A stretch of 64,000 nucleotides of DNA. Origin: Microcoleaceae cyanobacterium (GTDB taxonomy: Bacteria; Cyanobacteriota; Cyanobacteriia; Cyanobacteriales; Microcoleaceae). The notes under the pieces are model-generated. The model searched no databases. It was not told the origin of the DNA and saw only the letters and a list, made by a program, of their open reading frames with translations. Location: positions 39,342-103,341 of the forward strand of contig JBOFUV010000101.1 in assembly GCA_051652765.1 (NCBI GenBank), given 5' to 3'. This document shows, piece after piece, positions 60,543 to 64,000 of this stretch; the first letter of the stretch is position 1, and each line of letters opens with the position of its first letter. A program made the translations under genes and the position numbers.

Positions 60543-60561
60543 AGGTGGGCAATGCCCACCT
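60543..60561. repeat. Palindromic intergenic repeat between convergent ogt and acnB
   Basis: AGGTGGGCA-A-TGCCCACCT. Confidence 0.6.
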
Positions 60562-60568
60562 CAACGTG

Positions 60569-63178
60569 TTAACTCAACGATCCCGCCGGAATGCCTAAAA
60601 TATCTTCAATTTTTGGCATGTCTTCAACAGCAACCACCCGTCCTTCCTCTTCAAATCCAGCAATTTGATCAAAGTTGAGATAACGGTATAGTTCACCCGC
60701 AAACGGGTCAATTTTCTTCTGAACGATTTCCATGTATTCCTCAACCGTTGGAATCCGACCTAACACCGCACAAACTGCTGCAAGTTCCGCTGAACCCAGG
60801 TAGACCTGTGCCCCTTTGCCCATGCGGTTGTTAAAATTGCGAGTCGAAGTGGAGAACACGGTAACACCATCTTCCACCCGAGCTTGGTTGCCCATACAGA
60901 GGGAACATCCCGGCATTTCAGTTCGGGCCCCCGCTGCTGCGAATATGCCGTAAACCCCTTCTTCCCGCAATTGTTTTTCATCCATCCGGGTGGGCGGGCA
61001 AATCCACAGGCGCACTTTGACCGTTCCCGCCCCTTCCAACACTTTGGCTGCGGCCCGGTAATGGCCAATATTCGTCATACAGGAACCAATAAAGACTTCA
61101 TGAATCGAATCACCCACACATTCCGACATTAACTTAACATTGTCAGGATCATTGGGAGCAGCTACAATCGGTTCTTTGATATCGTTAAGATTCACCTCAA
61201 TGATGTCAGCGTATTCGGCATCGGCATCTGCGGACATCAACACAGGATTTGCCAACCATTGCTCCAGTTTTGCCACCCGACGCATAATCGTTTTGGCATC
61301 TTGATAGCCCCGCGCTACCATATTGTTCAACAAAGCTACATTGGAACGGAAGTATTCTGAAATCGTTTCCACTCCAAGCTTGATCGTACATCCAGCACAG
61401 GAACGTTCAGCAGTCGCATCGGTCAATTCAAACGCCTGTTCTACTTTCAGATCTGGCAGCCCCTCCATTTCCATAATCCGCCCATTGAACACGTTTTGTT
61501 TATTCTCCTTGGAAACAGTGAGTTTACCCTGTTGAATCGCAACGTAGGGAATCGCGTTGACGACATCTCGCAAGGTGACACCGGGTTGCAACTCCCCCGT
61601 AAACTTCACCAACACGGATTCGGGCATATCCAAAGGCATCACTCCTAACGCTCCCGCAAACGCGACTAACCCGGAACCTGCCGGGAAAGAAATTCCTAAG
61701 GGAAAACGAGTATGGGAATCGCCTCCCGTACCGACGGTATCCGGCAGCAACATCCGGTTCAGCCAGGAGTGAATGATGCCATCACCGGGACGCAGCGCCA
61801 CCCCACCGCGAGTGGAGAAGAAATCAGGGAGCTCCTTGTGGGTTTTGATATCGACAGGCTTGGGATAGGCGGCAGTATGGCAGAAGCTCTGCATCACCAA
61901 ATCAGCCGAGAAGCCCAAACAGGCGAGTTCTTTTAATTCATCGCGGGTCATGGGGCCTGTTGTATCTTGGGAACCGACGGTCGTCATGACAGGATCACAG
62001 GAGGTTCCAGGCCGAACTCCAGGTAAACCGCAGGCTTTGCCGACCATTTTTTGCGCCAGGGTAAATCCTTTACCCGTATCCGTCGGGAGTTGAGGCCGCA
62101 CGAACAGGTCACTGGGTGGATAGCCCAGAGCTTCGCGGGTTTTGTCCGTTAAGCTGCGGCCAATTAATAATGGGATTCGTCCCCCGGCCCGGACTTCATC
62201 GAGAATTGTCACGGGCTTGAGGGCAAAGGTGGAAATGACTTCCCCTACTGCGTTGGTAATCTTGCCTTCGTAGGGATGGAGGGTAATCACATCCCCGGTG
62301 TTCATCTGGGTAACATCACATTCAATCGGTAACGCACCAGAATCTTCGGCGGTGTTGAAGAAAATCGGCGCAATTTTACCCCCCAGAATGTAACCGCCCG
62401 CCCGTTTGTTGGGAATAAACGGAATGTCTTCGCCAATGTGCCATAACAGAGAGTTAATCGCTGACTTGCGGGAAGATCCTGTCCCCACTACATCCCCCAC
62501 GTAGGCAACGGGATGTCCTTTTTGCTTCAGTTCAGCAATCACTTGTAACCCTTCCGGCATCCGAGATTCCAACATAGCCAAAGCGTGTAGGGGAATATCG
62601 GGGCGAGTCGTAGCATGGGGCGCAGGGGAAAGATCATCGGTATTGGTTTCTCCCGGAACCTTAAACACTGTCACGGTAATTGCATCTGCAACCGGAGGCC
62701 GCCGAATAAACCAGGCGGCATTTGACCAAGCATCTAACACCTGTTTGGCGTAGGGGCTAACGTCTGAAAGCTCTAGCACATCATGAAATGCATCAAACAC
62801 CAGGGTCATCTTGCTTAAGGCCGTGGCCGCTGCCGCCGCCAAGTTGGTGTTAGAAGATTTGAGGAAGCTCACTAAAGATTGAACGTTATAGCCCCCGACC
62901 ATGGTTCCCAGGAGGTCAATGGCTCCCTGAGCACTGAGCAACGGAGAGTGAGTTTCGCCCTTGGCCACGGCGGTGAGAAAGCCCGCTTTGACATAGGCTG
63001 CTTCATCTACACCGGGGGGAATGCGATCGCGCAGCAACTCCATCAAGTATTCTTTCTCCGCTGCAGGCGGGTGCTGCAACAGTTCACAGAGGGCGGAGGT
63101 TTGTTCCGCAGTTAAGGGCAAGGGTGGAATCCCTAACGCATTCCGTTCGGCAGCCTGTTGGCGATAGGCTTCAAGCAT
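60569..63178 (-). CDS. acnB: Aconitate hydratase B
   Basis: GETNTDDLSP, GSQDTTGPM, GGDSHTR, GSCMTNIG, GCSLCMGNQ motifs. Confidence 0.98.
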   Translation of the reverse strand: MLEAYRQQAAERNALGIPPLPLTAEQTSALCELLQHPPAAEKEYLMELLRDRIPPGVDEAAYVKAGFLTAVAKGETHSPLLSAQGAIDLLGTMVGGYNVQSLVSFLKSSNTNLAAAAATALSKMTLVFDAFHDVLELSDVSPYAKQVLDAWSNAAWFIRRPPVADAITVTVFKVPGETNTDDLSPAPHATTRPDIPLHALAMLESRMPEGLQVIAELKQKGHPVAYVGDVVGTGSSRKSAINSLLWHIGEDIPFIPNKRAGGYILGGKIAPIFFNTAEDSGALPIECDVTQMNTGDVITLHPYEGKITNAVGEVISTFALKPVTILDEVRAGGRIPLLIGRSLTDKTREALGYPPSDLFVRPQLPTDTGKGFTLAQKMVGKACGLPGVRPGTSCDPVMTTVGSQDTTGPMTRDELKELACLGFSADLVMQSFCHTAAYPKPVDIKTHKELPDFFSTRGGVALRPGDGIIHSWLNRMLLPDTVGTGGDSHTRFPLGISFPAGSGLVAFAGALGVMPLDMPESVLVKFTGELQPGVTLRDVVNAIPYVAIQQGKLTVSKENKQNVFNGRIMEMEGLPDLKVEQAFELTDATAERSCAGCTIKLGVETISEYFRSNVALLNNMVARGYQDAKTIMRRVAKLEQWLANPVLMSADADAEYADIIEVNLNDIKEPIVAAPNDPDNVKLMSECVGDSIHEVFIGSCMTNIGHYRAAAKVLEGAGTVKVRLWICPPTRMDEKQLREEGVYGIFAAAGARTEMPGCSLCMGNQARVEDGVTVFSTSTRNFNNRMGKGAQVYLGSAELAAVCAVLGRIPTVEEYMEIVQKKIDPFAGELYRYLNFDQIAGFEEEGRVVAVEDMPKIEDILGIPAGSLS

Positions 63179-63313
63179 AGATTAGTTCTCCATCTTAAAG
63201 GTGTATTGATACTGTACCGAGAAATCTCAACGGTTTGTAGCAGTGAAAAATACATCCCTGCATCGGTTGGCATCAAGCGGAGCGCGACTTAACGTCTCAA
63301 AACCTGCTTCTGT

Positions 63314-63346
63314 TGGGTTGGGTTTCGCTCTATTTTGCCCAACCCA
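63314..63346. repeat. REP-like inverted repeat (GGTTGGG...CCCAACC type)
   Basis: TGGGTTGGG ... CCCAACCCA. Confidence 0.55.
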
Positions 63347-63467
63347 CAACCCTAGTTGCCAGTCTTCCCATGGAGAAATCGAGACAGAAGCGATTACGGC
63401 AATGGGTCAATTCGTTGATTCATGACGACAAATTGTTACTCTAGAGTTGAATGCAACGGATTAATCC

Positions 63468-64000
63468 ATGACCCTTCGAGCTTTTCTCCGGGATGAACGA
63501 TGCCCAGAATCAATTCGAGAGCTAGCCAGAGAACCCTTGATTCTCTACTTATTGGCGGCGATGTATGGGGATGGGCAACTACAACCTGAACTGTTTGAAG
63601 CAGCGGAGGCTAGACAGGTCAAGGTACAGGTCTACGAACAAACTTTGGATTGGGTACTCAACCAGCATCGATCTGATGGGGGTCGAAGTTTGAACCCAGA
63701 ATTAACTGGACTTGCTTCAGAAGATTTGCATACAGTATTAGCAGAAGCAGGACTCTGTGTGGTGCAGTCGGGGGGAGAATTTGCAGCCCTAAAACATATT
63801 GAAAATCGGTTAATTGAGCAGGAAGAAAAAGGGGCAGTTGCCCTCATTCAACAGGCTCGCCAAGGTTCGGACAAAGTATTAGCCAATGCCCTAGCCGCAT
63901 TCTATGTAAAGTCAGCCGCAGCAGATAATTGTGTTGAGTTTTTTCATAAAAGTTTTGGAGAATTTCTCTGTGCTGACTGCATGGCAGAAACCATGATCTC
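63468..64000 (+). pseudogene. 5'-truncated fragment of a cyanobacterial NACHT (STAND) protein; runs off the window end
   Basis: My translation MTLRAFL...LAREPLILYLLAAM...LAEAGLCVVQSGG...VEFFHKSFGEFLCA matches post-NACHT helical/winged-helix motifs. In-frame TAA at 63462-64 just upstream and no Walker A seen. Not in the ORF track because no stop codon is within the window. Confidence 0.6.

Larger units (their letters stand above)
746..63030. repeat. Dispersed HIP1 octamer GCGATCGC (roughly 35-40 copies by manual scan)
   Basis: Examples at 746, 4173, 13618 and 63023; hallmark of many cyanobacterial genomes. Confidence 0.9.

Noticed and set aside
261..63847. Numerous 60-157-aa ORFs overlapping called genes in other frames or strands
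   Set aside because: Nested in well-supported genes with no motifs or RBS; treated as shadow ORFs.

Overview
A 64-kb chromosomal window from a filamentous, probably Oscillatoriales-type cyanobacterium (frequent HIP1 GCGATCGC octamers, a PEP-CTERM protein, fused panC/cmk, and the purM-rlpA-panC/cmk, asd-dapA-rnj and tig-clpP-clpX gene orders). Most of it is housekeeping (rplI, purM, rlpA, panC/cmk, moaE, cphB, trmD, trpC, lpdA, rnj, dapA, asd, tig, clpP, clpX, ogt, acnB). The main accessory block (about 4.4-17 kb) is a glycan-modification cluster: two FkbM methyltransferases, two two-domain GT2 glycosyltransferases, two sulfotransferase-type proteins and two stand-alone TPR proteins. It sits beside a PEP-CTERM surface-protein gene. 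Two unrelated enzymes in the cluster end in the same 30-aa helix, conserved in protein but synonymously diverged in DNA. One methyltransferase carries a coiled coil built from six 42-bp two-heptad repeats. Together these suggest a scaffolded glycan-capping assembly with a tunable ruler (inference). Other points of interest are a structured, internally repeated leader before an FdhF/YdeP molybdoenzyme, a switch-like leader before rlpA, a probable sRNA (possibly PsrR1) after panC/cmk, cphB without cphA, a dynamin-JAMM gene pair, an MshEN-like membrane protein, a 5'-truncated NACHT gene, and pervasive short tandem duplications. No rRNA, tRNA, CRISPR array or transposase was seen. All family assignments come from motif recognition by eye; no searches were run.
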